From positions 1,376,001 through 1,440,000 of the forward strand of contig CAWHDR010000001.1 of the NCBI GenBank assembly GCA_963828165.1: a stretch of 64,000 nt of DNA, written 5' to 3'. This document shows positions 48,621-58,799 of the stretch, in pieces (within the stretch, counting starts at the first letter, position 1; each line of letters opens with the position of its first letter). Position numbers and translations under genes: made by a program. Source of the stretch: an uncultured Chloroflexia bacterium. Its GTDB lineage: Bacteria; Chloroflexota; Limnocylindria; Limnocylindrales; CSP1-4. The notes beneath the pieces were generated by a model. It was not told the origin of the DNA, made no database searches, and saw only the letters and a program-made list of their open reading frames with translations.

Positions 48621-49871
48621 TCATCCCCGGATGACCCCCAGCTCCCGGCCGACGGTGGAGAACGCCCCGAGCGCGCGGTCGAGCTGCGCGCGCGCATGGG
48701 CGGCCGTGACGATCGTGCGGATCCGCGCGAGGTCCAGGGCCACGGTCGGGAAGACCACGGGCTGGGCGAAGACGCCCTCGTCCATGAGTCGGTCGCTGAA
48801 CCGCATCGCGGTCTCCGGGTTGCCCATCATCACGGGGGTGATGGGGGTCTCGGAGCGGCCCGTATCGAAGCCCAGGCGGGCCAGCTCGGCCTTGAAGAAG
48901 CGCGTGTTGTCCCACAGCCGCGTGTGCAGCTCGGGCTCATCGACCATCACCCGGATCGCCTCGCGACAGGCTGCGACGACGGCCGGCGGATGAGACGTGG
49001 AGAACAGGAACGGACGGGACCGTTGGGTGAGGATCTCACGCAAGGCGACCGAGCCCGCGACGTAGCCGCCCTGCACGCCGACTGCCTTGCTGAGCGTCCC
49101 GACCTGGATCGCCACGCGACCGTGGAGGCCGAAATGGTCGACCGTGCCACGCCCGTCGCGACCGAGCACGCCGGAGGCATGGGCGTCATCCACGAAGACG
49201 GCCGCTCCGGCCGCTTCGGCTGCCTCCACGATGCCCGGGAGTGGCGCGATGTCGCCGTCCATGCTGAACACGCCGTCCGTGACGACCAGGATCAATCGGT
49301 AGGGTTCGCCACTTCCCGGTCGGCCGTCGCGCACCGCCTCGTCGAGCACGGCTCGCAGCGCGTCCACGTCGGCATGGGGATAGATCTTGCGCGGCGCCTT
49401 GGACAGGCGCATCCCATCGATGATCGATGCGTGGTTCAGGCTGTCGCTGACGATGAGGTCGGTTTCGCCGGTGATCGTCGGGATGACGCCGGTGTTGGCC
49501 GTGAAGCCGGACTGGAAGGTCAGGACGGCGGGCGTGCCCTTGAACTCGGCGAGCTCCGCCTCGAGCGCCTCGTGCATGGACATCGTGCCGGCGATCGTGC
49601 GGACGGCTCCCGAGCCTACGCCGAAGTCGCGCACGGCCGCGAGCGCCGCCTCACGGAGACGGGGATGATGGGTCAGGCCCAGGTAGTCGTTTGACGACAG
49701 GCTGATCAGCCGGCGTTCGTCGACCGACACGATCGGACCCTGACCGCTGCTCATCACCCGCAGGGCGCGGTACAGGTGGCGCTCACGCAGGGCCGCGACC
49801 TCGTCGTCCAGGAAGGCGAGCGGGTCGGGGAGGAGCGGGGTCGCGAGCGGATCGCTCTGATCGGTCGACAT
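48621..49871 (-). CDS. kbl: Glycine C-acetyltransferase (2-amino-3-ketobutyrate CoA ligase)
   Basis: SSNDYLGL, NHASIIDG, DGVFSMDGD, DDAH, PLP lysine GTLSKA; adjacent to tdh. Confidence 0.88.
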   Translation of the reverse strand: MSTDQSDPLATPLLPDPLAFLDDEVAALRERHLYRALRVMSSGQGPIVSVDERRLISLSSNDYLGLTHHPRLREAALAAVRDFGVGSGAVRTIAGTMSMHEALEAELAEFKGTPAVLTFQSGFTANTGVIPTITGETDLIVSDSLNHASIIDGMRLSKAPRKIYPHADVDALRAVLDEAVRDGRPGSGEPYRLILVVTDGVFSMDGDIAPLPGIVEAAEAAGAAVFVDDAHASGVLGRDGRGTVDHFGLHGRVAIQVGTLSKAVGVQGGYVAGSVALREILTQRSRPFLFSTSHPPAVVAACREAIRVMVDEPELHTRLWDNTRFFKAELARLGFDTGRSETPITPVMMGNPETAMRFSDRLMDEGVFAQPVVFPTVALDLARIRTIVTAAHARAQLDRALGAFSTVGRELGVIRG

Positions 49872-49891
49872 GGGCGCCTATGTTCGCCGAC

Positions 49892-50921
49892 TCAGGCGGT
49901 CCAGTCCATGATCACTTTTCCCGATTCACCAGTACGCGCAACGGAGAATGCCGCCTCGTGCTCGCGGAATCCGAAGCGATGCGTGATCGCGGGCGTGATG
50001 TCCAGCCCCGACTGGAGCATCACGGTCATCTTGTACCAGGTCTCGTACATCTCCCGGCCGTAGATGCCGCGCAGCGGTGAGCATCTTCATGACGACCGCG
50101 TTGATGTCGAGGCTGATGTCCTCGGTCGGCAGCCCCAGGATCGCGACGCCGCCGCCGTGTGCCATCGATGCGATCGCGTCGCGCAGGGCTCGCGCGTTCC
50201 CGGACATCTCCATCGCCACGTCGAAGCCCTCGACCATGTCGAGATCCTCGAACAGGTCGGTGAAGGCGCGCTCGCGCGGATCGATGGCCATCGTGGCGCC
50301 CATCCGGATCGCGAGCTCGCGGCGGAACGGGTTCGGCTCGCTGACCACGATGTGCCGAGCGCCGGCGTGGCGAGCCACGGCCGTGGCCATCAGGCCGATC
50401 GGGCCCGCGCCGCTGATCAGCACGTCCTCGCCGAGGATCGGAAACGCGAGCGCGGTGTGGACCGCGTTGCCGAAGGGATCGAAGATCGCGGCCACCTCGG
50501 GGTCGACGCCTGGCCAGTGATGCCAGATGTTCGTCATCGGGAGGGCCACGAACTCGGCGAAGGCACCGTCGCGCCCGACGCCGAGACCGATCGCCCGCGC
50601 GCACAGGTGCCGCCGGCCGGCGAGACAGTGGCGGCACCGGCCGCATACCACATGACCCTCGCCGCTCACGAGATCGCCCGGAGCGAAGTCCGTGACATTG
50701 GCACCGACCTCGACGATCTCGCCGACGAACTCGTGGCCGACGGTCAGCGGCGGTCTGATCGCGTTCTGGGCCCAGGCGTCCCACGACTCGATGTGGAGGT
50801 CCGTGCCGCAGATGCCGGTCTTCTGGACGCGGACCAGGACGTCGTTGATGCCGACGGGTGGGTCCGGGACCTCACGTAGCTCAAGCCCGCGCCCGGCCGC
50901 TATCTTGACGAGCGCCTGCAT
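49892..50921 (-). CDS. tdh: L-threonine 3-dehydrogenase (~342 aa), +1 frameshift at 50076-50077
   Basis: [31 protein letters not shown]; the shifted frame restores [16 protein letters not shown]...[12 protein letters not shown]. Confidence 0.93.
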
Positions 50922-51003
50922 GCACCGAGGGTACCTCGATATGCGTGACGTGCACGCCCTGCGCGCGACCGGTCTTCCCTAGGGAAGCTGTGCGTTTGTG
51001 GTT

Positions 51004-51789
51004 TCACGGAGTCTGGGGTCTGCTCGTGTCGAGGGCTGTAGGTGCCCAATGTCCGAGCGTTTCTGCCACGAGATTGAACCTTTCGTAGGTGACGATCGGC
51101 GCGTCTAGATTGAGCCCCTGCAATGGCCTCGTCGCGACTCGGCGCAGGCGAACAAGCCGCCCTTCGCTCTGATCGAAGGTCAAGTCGATGCGCATGCCTT
51201 CGATGTCCGATGACAGTCCATGGAGTGTTGTCATGGACCCCTCCGAGCGAGCCTGAATGCCCGGATTCGCGGACGCGATTTCGATGGCCAGATTGATTGC
51301 CGCCGGAGTTGGTTCGGCCTCCGTCAGCAGCCTGGCAAGGAAGTCGAGCATCTCTCCGGGTGAGATCTCACGCGTTCGAAGCCCATGGATCTGATCGCGC
51401 ACATCCTCCGCCGTACGAAACGACAGTTCGCCAGGCCCAAAGTTCTCGTTTACGGCTGGGTACAGCGGCGAGCCGATCGAGCGCCATTGCGCCTCCTCGG
51501 CGTCGGTCAAGAATTGATATGGCTCAAATTGCTCTCGTATTTGCCCAGATCCGTCAGGGCGTATCCAGATCTCTCGTTGATACCGCGTCTGGACCCATGT
51601 GGTGTCACGGGGATCGTCCACAAACGCCAGCAGGTAATCGATCTGGGCCGCAATGTGGCGGGTCGAAGTGGCTTCGGTGGACCGCGATGCAGTGCCGAAG
51701 AAAAGTGCTACCGCAACAGCAGCGATCGCGACGATGATCGCGGCCACTGGCGACGAGAGCCGCATCGGCCGGTTCGATCGCGATGCCAA
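51004..51789 (-). CDS. Hypothetical secreted/membrane protein, CU044_5270-like
   Basis: N-terminal TM; REIWIRPDGSGQIRE motif; atypical codon usage; start may be the internal ATG (MRLSS). Confidence 0.6.
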   Translation of the reverse strand: MASRSNRPMRLSSPVAAIIVAIAAVAVALFFGTASRSTEATSTRHIAAQIDYLLAFVDDPRDTTWVQTRYQREIWIRPDGSGQIREQFEPYQFLTDAEEAQWRSIGSPLYPAVNENFGPGELSFRTAEDVRDQIHGLRTREISPGEMLDFLARLLTEAEPTPAAINLAIEIASANPGIQARSEGSMTTLHGLSSDIEGMRIDLTFDQSEGRLVRLRRVATRPLQGLNLDAPIVTYERFNLVAETLGHWAPTALDTSRPQTP

Positions 51790-51908
51790 ATCTCTAACTG
51801 CCTATTGATTCTGATGCTGCAACCCGCTGTTGCCCGGATCTGGGATCGTTGAGAAACATGGAACCATCCCCGCTGCCGGGAGACGCAGGTGTCTCGGCTC
51901 GAAATGCC

Positions 51909-51943
51909 GCAACGGTCGTGATCGGCTAGGTCACGACCGTTGC
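51909..51943 (-). terminator. Perfect 13-bp hairpin after the crystallin-like gene
   Basis: GCAACGGTCGTGA-N9-TCACGACCGTTGC. Confidence 0.7.
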
Positions 51944-51952
51944 CTGCTTTAC

Positions 51953-52405
51953 CTAGAAGTTGCAGACGCCCGGCTGGATGGCGATGAGCCGCACGCTGCT
52001 CAGGACATCACCCTGAGTCAAATTCTGTTGTCCCGTGTCAGAGCCACGGTGGTCAAACCACGTGTCGTAGTTGGCGTGCCTGTAGAAACACCAAGCGGTT
52101 CCCGGGTCGACAAACGAAACGTAGGAACTGATGCAATCGTTCCAGTTGCTACCGCCGATGCCAGGGGCGTGACAGTTGCCAGCAGGCTGATGAGGGTCGT
52201 TGGTCAAGTCGGCGTCGCTTGCGCACTTCCACAACTGGTCATTGCCGTCGCTGAAGTCGCCGACCCCGTTCTCGTACAGGCGAATCTTGGTCGTGTCCGT
52301 CGAGAGGCAGGTGCCTTGAACCGCCGCGAACGCCATCGGGACGTTGGCAACGAAGAGGATTGATGCCATCAGCGCCGCCAGCGCTGGTCGTACGAATCTT
52401 GCCAC
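51953..52405 (-). CDS. Secreted beta/gamma-crystallin-fold protein (peptidase inhibitor I36-like)
   Basis: Signal peptide ending AFA; RLYEN, WNDCISS, CFYRHANY, DVLSSVR Greek-key-type motifs; six Cys; RBS GGAGG before GTG 52405. Confidence 0.72.
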   Translation of the reverse strand: MARFVRPALAALMASILFVANVPMAFAAVQGTCLSTDTTKIRLYENGVGDFSDGNDQLWKCASDADLTNDPHQPAGNCHAPGIGGSNWNDCISSYVSFVDPGTAWCFYRHANYDTWFDHRGSDTGQQNLTQGDVLSSVRLIAIQPGVCNF

Positions 52406-52536
52406 GGATGCTTCCCTCCATACGTCGTCCAACGCGCTCAGCCGCACCTTACGGATGTCACAAAGGGCGGTCAAGCCGAGCTTGACGATCGACCAAAGTC
52501 AAATGGTTGGCCCCAATGGGTCCGCGCCTCTTATCG

Positions 52537-53433
52537 CTACCGGGCGTCCTCGTCGGACCAGTCGATGACCGGGTTCTCGACGGACCCGATGCCCTCGATC
52601 TCGCAGCGGACCCAGTCGCCGGGCTCGAGGAACACGGGCGGGTCGCGAAACACGCCGACCCCGGACGGCGTGCCGGTCGCGATGACATCACCGGACTCGA
52701 GGGTGATGACCGAGCTGATGGACTCGACGAGGGCCGGCACGTCCCAGATCATGTCGGACGTCGTGCCGTCCTGCATCAGGTGCTCGACGCCGTTGCCGTC
52801 GATGCGCCAGCTGCGCAGGCGAAGACCGGCGGCCGGATCGAGCTCGTCGGCGGTGACGAGGACTGGACCCACCGGCAGGAACGTGTCCGAGCCCTTGGCG
52901 CGGAGCCACTGGCCGTCGCCCTTCTCGCCCTCGCGCAACGCCGGCGGGCTGCCCTGCCAGTCCCGGGCGCTGATGTCGTTGACCACGATGTAGCCCGCGA
53001 CATGATCCATGGCGTCGGCGCGGGTCACGCGGCGGGTCGTACCCCGGATGACGACCCCGAGCTCGACCTCGAGGTCCAGGGCGTGCGTGCCCTGGGGCCG
53101 CACGACCGGGTCGCCGTCCCCGACGATCGTGTTCGCGAACTTTGCGAAAAGGAGTGGGCGGGTCGGCGCCTCGCGGCCACCCTCCGCGGCGTGCTCGCGG
53201 TAGTTCAGGCCGACGCATACGACCTTGCTCGGGGCGAGCAGGATCGGCGCCGGTTCGAGGCCCTGGAGTGGCAACCGCTCCTCGGGCTCAGCCGATTGCC
53301 AGCCGACGGCATCTTCGAACTCGTCGTCGAGGCGACCGGTCGGGTCGAGCGGGCCGCCGCCGACCACGACCCGATCACCCTCGATCCGACCGGTGCGAAC
53401 GGCGTCCGCCCCGTAGAACGCGATCAGACGCAT
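52537..53433 (-). CDS. Fumarylacetoacetate hydrolase family protein
   Basis: CVGLNYREH, DLEVELGVVI, NDISARDWQ, KGSDTFLPVGP, GDVIATGTPSGVG. Confidence 0.93.
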   Translation of the reverse strand: MRLIAFYGADAVRTGRIEGDRVVVGGGPLDPTGRLDDEFEDAVGWQSAEPEERLPLQGLEPAPILLAPSKVVCVGLNYREHAAEGGREAPTRPLLFAKFANTIVGDGDPVVRPQGTHALDLEVELGVVIRGTTRRVTRADAMDHVAGYIVVNDISARDWQGSPPALREGEKGDGQWLRAKGSDTFLPVGPVLVTADELDPAAGLRLRSWRIDGNGVEHLMQDGTTSDMIWDVPALVESISSVITLESGDVIATGTPSGVGVFRDPPVFLEPGDWVRCEIEGIGSVENPVIDWSDEDAR

Positions 53434-53443
53434 CGGGCGCCGG

Positions 53444-54391
53444 TCAGCTGGGGGACGCGGGCGGAGATGCGGCCGGGGCGGCCGGTTCGCTCGGGCCCAC
53501 GGACGGGGCCACGGACGCCGGCGCCGAAGGAGCGGCACTCGGCGCGACCGACGCCGGAGGGGCGGCCGATGCCGAAGGGGCCGCCGATTCCCGTGCCCCT
53601 GGGCACAGCTCCTCCGGGTTCGTGCGCTCACCGAAGGTCTGGTAGAAGTCGAGGATGGCCTGCTGATCGAGCGCCTGTAGCGGCAGGACGCGCCCCCAGA
53701 CGAGGGCCGCGAACGGCCAGGCCATGTCATCGAAGCGGGCAACCACCGGTCCGGGCGATTGGCCGCCGGGCTCGAAGCCGCAGACGGGACTCGCCGGGAC
53801 GGCATCGAACAGGGTGCGCAGAGCAGCCTGGTCGACATCCACGCCCTTGTACAGGATCACGAGGCCGCCGTGCTCGAGGTTGTGGACCCAGCCTTGCGGG
53901 ATGACCGCGTCGTCCGGCCCGTACACGCGCGCGGGGATCGGCGCGGCGGGCTGCTCGTAGTGCCGCCCGCTCGCAGGCGGGCAATAGGTGTAGGTGACCT
54001 TCGTGCCGGTCCGCACGTGGCCGCCGCCCGCGTCCGGCTGGACGTAGCCGGGCTGCGGCGAGGCGCCCTCGCGCGGAGACGCTGTCGGGGATGGCTCCCA
54101 GACCGTGGTGCAGGCGTATGCCGGCTGGGTTGCCACAGAAAACAGGCCAGCGCCGACCAGGGCGAGCACCGCCAGGACTGCGGCGCCCAAGATGATCGTC
54201 CGATATCGCTGGAAGATCGATGTCTTGGCCACTGGACGAGCGCGGTCGCGCCGGCCGGTCCGCGCAGCGCCGGTGGGTCCACTGGACCGTGTGGGTGGGC
54301 CGGCCGTGACGCTCGCGGGTCGATTCGAAGTCGGGCCAGTCGCCGGCACCTGACCGGCCTGACGCTGACGCCGACGGGATTCCTTGCTCAC
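53444..54391 (-). CDS. DUF3105 domain membrane protein
   Basis: PPASGRHY, VHNLEHGGLVILY, ALVWG; single TM; Ala/Ser/Pro tail. Confidence 0.85.
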   Translation of the reverse strand: MSKESRRRQRQAGQVPATGPTSNRPASVTAGPPTRSSGPTGAARTGRRDRARPVAKTSIFQRYRTIILGAAVLAVLALVGAGLFSVATQPAYACTTVWEPSPTASPREGASPQPGYVQPDAGGGHVRTGTKVTYTYCPPASGRHYEQPAAPIPARVYGPDDAVIPQGWVHNLEHGGLVILYKGVDVDQAALRTLFDAVPASPVCGFEPGGQSPGPVVARFDDMAWPFAALVWGRVLPLQALDQQAILDFYQTFGERTNPEELCPGARESAAPSASAAPPASVAPSAAPSAPASVAPSVGPSEPAAPAASPPASPS

Positions 54392-54518
54392 TCAGATGCC
54401 TCGATGCGGTCGATGTGTCGTTGGGATGCGCTGACCACGGCGGCGACGTGGGCCGATGGCGTGGGACGCGCCGGGTGAGGGTACCGTCCCGGAGCGAATC
54501 CGTGTGTCCGGCGTCGCC

Positions 54519-54899
54519 TCAGACCTCGTTCAGGTAGGCCCGGACCTCCGGGCGCAGGAGGCCGCGGAACAGCAGGATGCCCAGGACCGCGACGAAGATC
54601 GGCGCTGCCACGGGTACGGGGCTCGTTGCCAGCAACAGCACAGCGGGGATCGTCAGGCTGGCCAGCCCGATGGCCAGCCCGCGCGCCGCCTGCTTGCGCT
54701 GGAGCACGAGCGTCGTCGTGAAGATCGTGTAGGCGAGCAGGACCATGACGATCACGCCCAGAGGGCTGACCGGCGCCGCGATGGCCTGGTCCACGACGAA
54801 CCGCAGGCTCAGCCCGAGACCGGTGAGGATCAGCAACGCATAGACGAGGAAGAGGCGGATGCCGCCCGGCATCGCGCGGATGCTCGCGATCATGGACAC
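54519..54899 (-). CDS. Small 4-TM membrane protein
   Basis: Four hydrophobic helices; GTG 7 nt after TACCAT. Confidence 0.7.
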   Translation of the reverse strand: MSMIASIRAMPGGIRLFLVYALLILTGLGLSLRFVVDQAIAAPVSPLGVIVMVLLAYTIFTTTLVLQRKQAARGLAIGLASLTIPAVLLLATSPVPVAAPIFVAVLGILLFRGLLRPEVRAYLNEV

Positions 54900-54965
54900 G
54901 CGATGGATGGTACCGCCGCCCCGCGTGACGGTCCGCCGACCGCACGAGGCCCACAAGGCAGGGTA

Positions 54966-55021
54966 TTGACACCACGGCACGACCTGCCTAATGTCCGCTA
55001 AACCGGTTTGCTAAACCGGTT
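54966..55021 (+). promoter_or_regulatory. Sigma-70 promoter with tandem LacI-type operators
   Basis: TTGACA 54966-54971, 17 bp, TAATGT 54989-54994; GCTAAACCGGTT repeated at 54997 and 55010 (palindromic core AAACCGGTTT). Confidence 0.85.
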
Positions 55022-55066
55022 CAGGAGGAGCCGCGGCCGTATCGCCGCGCGAGGAGTCGGACCCGA

Positions 55067-56146
55067 GTGGAGCAAGGCACCCAGCGCCCGCGCATCGCGG
55101 ACGTCGCCCGGGAGGCGGGCGTCAGCAAGACCGCGGTCTCGTTCGCGTTCAACTCGCCGGACCGTCTGGCCCCCGAGACGGCGCTACGCATCCGGGCGGT
55201 CGCCGAGCACCTGGGCTATCGCCCGAACCCGGTCGCGCGGATGCTCACGCAGCGCCAGACCATGACGATCGGCGTGCTCACCCCGCAGGCCCTGAGCGTG
55301 ATCTTCAGCAACCCGTTCTTCGGCGCCTTCAGCGAGGGGGTCGCGCTGGCCGCCGAGGAGCACGGATACGGCCTCCACTTCATCTCGCCGCTGCGCGGCA
55401 GCCTGGCCCGGGCGATGAGTCGGGCGACCGTGGACGGCGTCGTCGCCATCGGCCTGTCGGACGGACACCCGGAGGTCGAGCAGATCCGACGTGCCCACGT
55501 CCCCATCGTGCTGGTCGACTCGACGGCTCTGCCCGAGCATGGCTCGGTCGAGATCGACGACGTCGGCGGAGCGCGCGCCGCCGGCGAATACATCCTGGGC
55601 CTCGGACATCGCGACGTGCTCGTCCTCGGCGTGGAGCCGCCGGCAGCGGATCTCGGCGGACCGGATCCGGACGGCGTGACGGGGCGGCGCCTGCGCGGCT
55701 ACCGGGAGGCATTCGCGGCCGCGGGTGTCCGGATCGAAGACGACCGCGTGATGGTCGGCCCCGCCAGCGTCGATGGGGGGATCGCGATCATCAATTCGGC
55801 TTGGGAGGACGGCCTCCGTCCGACCGCCATCCTGGCGATGTCCGACGCCATGGCCATCGGTGCGATGCGCGCCCTGCGCGACCTGCGCCTCGACATCCCG
55901 GGCGACGTCAGCGTCGTCGGGTTCGACGACATCGACCTCGCCCCGCACGTGGATCCTCCGCTCACGACGGTGCATCAGCCCATCCGTCGCAAGGGTGAAG
56001 AAGCGGTCCGCCTGCTCCTGTCCGTCGTGGAACGACGGGACCTGGAAAAGCCCGAGCATCGTCGGCTCGAGACGCGGCTCATCGTCCGCTCCTCGACCGG
56101 CCCGGTGCGAACGCGCCGGGAGGAGGTGGCCGGCGACCGAGACTGA
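55067..56146 (+). CDS. LacI family transcriptional regulator
   Basis: IADVAREAGVSKTAVS HTH, YRPNPVAR hinge, SVVGFDD, PPLTTVHQP. Confidence 0.96.
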   Translation: MEQGTQRPRIADVAREAGVSKTAVSFAFNSPDRLAPETALRIRAVAEHLGYRPNPVARMLTQRQTMTIGVLTPQALSVIFSNPFFGAFSEGVALAAEEHGYGLHFISPLRGSLARAMSRATVDGVVAIGLSDGHPEVEQIRRAHVPIVLVDSTALPEHGSVEIDDVGGARAAGEYILGLGHRDVLVLGVEPPAADLGGPDPDGVTGRRLRGYREAFAAAGVRIEDDRVMVGPASVDGGIAIINSAWEDGLRPTAILAMSDAMAIGAMRALRDLRLDIPGDVSVVGFDDIDLAPHVDPPLTTVHQPIRRKGEEAVRLLLSVVERRDLEKPEHRRLETRLIVRSSTGPVRTRREEVAGDRD

Positions 56147-56337
56147 GGTCGGATCGGCGAGCGACAACCCCCGAGTTCGGTGCGGCTCGCCACGACGAAC
56201 GTACCGACGCACGGCCGCTCAGCCGCGGCGATCACAGGCCGGGACCACCGGCCAGACCGGTCGGCAGTCGCCGACCAGCTGTTGAGAACCGGACGGCGAC
56301 GGGCCGACCGGATCGAGTAGAGGAGACAACGATCGAA

Positions 56338-57603
56338 ATGAAGAAGCACCTTCGTCTTGCGGGCATCGTGGCGGGTGTGGCGATCATCGCCGCCGCGTGC
56401 GGCCCGTCCGCCGGAAGCGCGGCCCCAACGGCCGCATCCACGGCGCCATCCGTCGCCCCGGGCTCTGCCGCCCCGGCGTCAGAGGCCCCATCCGCCGCCC
56501 TCGAGGGCGAGGTCACCCTCTGGCACTCCTACGGGTCCGGCGGCGGTGAGACCGGCGCCCTGACCACGGTCCTGGACCAGGTCCGAGCGGCGAATCCGGG
56601 CCTGACCATCAACGTCGTCGAGCAGCCGTTCGACCAGATCTTCCTCAAGTGGCGCACGGACGTCGCCGCCGGCGAAGGCGCCGACATGTTCATCGCCCCG
56701 AACGACGACCTGGGCAAGGACGCCCGTGAGGAGTCGATCGCCAACCTCGACGAGTACCTCGCCGGCAACGCCGCACTCGAGGGCTACCTTCCGGTCGCGC
56801 TCGACGGCTCCAAGGTCGACGGCGCGTTCTACATGGTCCCGGAGTCGCTCAAGGCCGTCGCCCTGTGGTACGACAAGACGGCACTGCCGACGCCGCCGAC
56901 GACGTCCGATGAGCTCCTCGCCGGCGTCAAGGACGGCTCGATCAAGGTCGGCATCAACCAGGGCGTCTACCACCAGTTCGGCTGGACGGGCGCCTTCGGT
57001 GGCAACCTCATGGACGACACCGGGAAGTGCACCGCCGACGCGGGCGGCTTCGCCGATGCGTTCGCGTACCTCAAGTCCCTCAAGGACGCGGGCGCGACGT
57101 TCAACACGGACGGCAACGCCCTCAAGACGGACTTCCAGACCGGCAAGATCAACGCGATCATCGACGGGCCCTGGCAGACCGCGGACTTCCGCACGGCCCT
57201 TGCCGACAAGCTCGCCGTGACCACCATCCCGGCCGGACCGTCCGGGCCGGCGAATCCGTTCACCGGCACCGACGGCTGGTACATCAACCCCAACCTCGAT
57301 CCGGCGCAGCAGCAGCTCGCGGTCAACGTCGCGCTCGCGCTGACGGCGCCCGCCGCCGAGCAGGTCTTCGTCGACGACGCGGGCCATGTTCCCGCCAATC
57401 CGGCGGTGACGATCACGGATCCCATCACGCAGGGATTCGCTGATGCCGCCGCAGCCGGCCTGCCCCGGCCGCAGAACGCCGAATTCGGCAACTGGTGGGG
57501 CCCGTTCGGCGACGCGCTGAACAAGGTCATCGACACCGGCGCCGATCCGACAACGGCGGTCGCCGATGCCTGCCAGCTCATGAACGAGGCGAGCGGCCTC
57601 TAG
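56338..57603 (+). CDS. Sugar ABC transporter substrate-binding lipoprotein (MalE-like)
   Basis: Lipobox AAAC, VTLWHSY, ALWYDKT, IIDGPW. Confidence 0.92.
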   Translation: MKKHLRLAGIVAGVAIIAAACGPSAGSAAPTAASTAPSVAPGSAAPASEAPSAALEGEVTLWHSYGSGGGETGALTTVLDQVRAANPGLTINVVEQPFDQIFLKWRTDVAAGEGADMFIAPNDDLGKDAREESIANLDEYLAGNAALEGYLPVALDGSKVDGAFYMVPESLKAVALWYDKTALPTPPTTSDELLAGVKDGSIKVGINQGVYHQFGWTGAFGGNLMDDTGKCTADAGGFADAFAYLKSLKDAGATFNTDGNALKTDFQTGKINAIIDGPWQTADFRTALADKLAVTTIPAGPSGPANPFTGTDGWYINPNLDPAQQQLAVNVALALTAPAAEQVFVDDAGHVPANPAVTITDPITQGFADAAAAGLPRPQNAEFGNWWGPFGDALNKVIDTGADPTTAVADACQLMNEASGL

Positions 57604-57623
57604 GCCCTCCCCTCACACCAACG

Positions 57624-57648
57624 CGGGGGCGTCCACCGGACGCCCCCG
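57624..57648 (+). other. Intergenic hairpin after the binding-protein gene (mRNA stabiliser or partial terminator)
   Basis: CGGGGGCGTCC-ACC-GGACGCCCCCG perfect stem. Confidence 0.6.
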
Positions 57649-57758
57649 ATCGCTCCCGGAGCGCGCCCGACCACATAGAATCCGGGCCCGCCCCAGGACC
57701 GATACCCGACCCCGACACCGCGGGCCGTACGTCAGCCGAGGATAGGGAGACTCGATCG

Positions 57759-58772
57759 ATGGCGACCACGACTGCCGCCTTGCCGCGCCGCAGCGCGAGT
57801 GCCCGAGCCAGGCGTGGCATCGCGCCGTACCTGTATCTCGTCCCTGCGTTCCTCGTGATGGCGATCATCACCTTCTACCCGCTGGCCTTCCAGGTCTGGA
57901 TGTCCTTCCACGACTTCGGGCAGATCAACTTCCGCGTGCGGAACCCGGTCCCGGCGGAATTCATCGGACTCGACAACTACGTTCGGATCGCCACGTCCCA
58001 GCTCCAGATCCCGAACTTCGAGTTCGTCCGCCTCGTCCTGTTCAACCTCTGGTGGGCGTTCAGCAACGTGGTGGTCCACGTCGTCATCGGCGTGTTCGTC
58101 GCCGTCCTGCTCAACACCAAGGGCCTCAAGTTCCGGGGCTTCTACCGGGCGATCTTCATCCTGCCGGTCGTCATCCCGCCGATCATCGTCGCGACCGTCT
58201 GGCGCAACATGTTCGACCCGAGTGCCGGAGCCGTGAACCTGGGCCTGCAGGGCATCGGAGGCCTGTTCGGTATCTCCCCGGACCATCCGGCCTTCAATCT
58301 GGACTGGTTGCGGCAGCCGAACGATCCGATCTCGTGGATCCCATTGCCACTGGCATTCTTCGCGATGATCACGGCCAACAGCTGGCTGGGCTGGCCACTC
58401 AACTCGGTCGTCGCGACCGGCGCGTTGCAGTCGATCCCGGGCGAGCTCTACGAGGCCGCGGAGATGGACGGCGCCAACGCGTGGCAGAAGTTCAAAGCCG
58501 TCACCCTTCCGTTCCTTCGGCCGGCGATGCTGCCGTACGCGATCTACGGCTTCGTCATCACCTTCAACCTCTTCTTCCTGCCGTACTTCATGACCCAGGG
58601 TGAGCCGTTCGGGCGGACGGAGATCCTGGTGACGCAGGCGTATCGACTCGCTGCGGAGCGCCGCCTGTTCGGCGTGGCGGCGGCCTTCAGCGTGTACCTG
58701 TTCTTCCTCCTCCTGATCGTGACCCTGCTCACCAACCGGATGGCGAAAGCGACGAAGAGCTATGCCGACTGA
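57759..58772 (+). CDS. Sugar ABC permease (MalF-like)
   Basis: FIGLDNY, EAA loop LQSIPGELYEAAEMDGA. Confidence 0.93.
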   Translation: MATTTAALPRRSASARARRGIAPYLYLVPAFLVMAIITFYPLAFQVWMSFHDFGQINFRVRNPVPAEFIGLDNYVRIATSQLQIPNFEFVRLVLFNLWWAFSNVVVHVVIGVFVAVLLNTKGLKFRGFYRAIFILPVVIPPIIVATVWRNMFDPSAGAVNLGLQGIGGLFGISPDHPAFNLDWLRQPNDPISWIPLPLAFFAMITANSWLGWPLNSVVATGALQSIPGELYEAAEMDGANAWQKFKAVTLPFLRPAMLPYAIYGFVITFNLFFLPYFMTQGEPFGRTEILVTQAYRLAAERRLFGVAAAFSVYLFFLLLIVTLLTNRMAKATKSYAD

Positions 58773-58799
58773 CCGCCCGACCTCGACGGAGACCGACCG

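Noticed and set aside
48621-49871. BioF (8-amino-7-oxononanoate synthase) assignment
   Set aside because: Same family, but adjacency to tdh and absence of bio genes favour Kbl.
50974-52536. IS element or prophage remnant
   Set aside because: No transposase, integrase, terminal inverted repeats or target duplication visible.
56147-56337. Structured RNA between lacI and the binding-protein gene
   Set aside because: Only generic GC-rich pairing; no recognisable riboswitch motif or operator.
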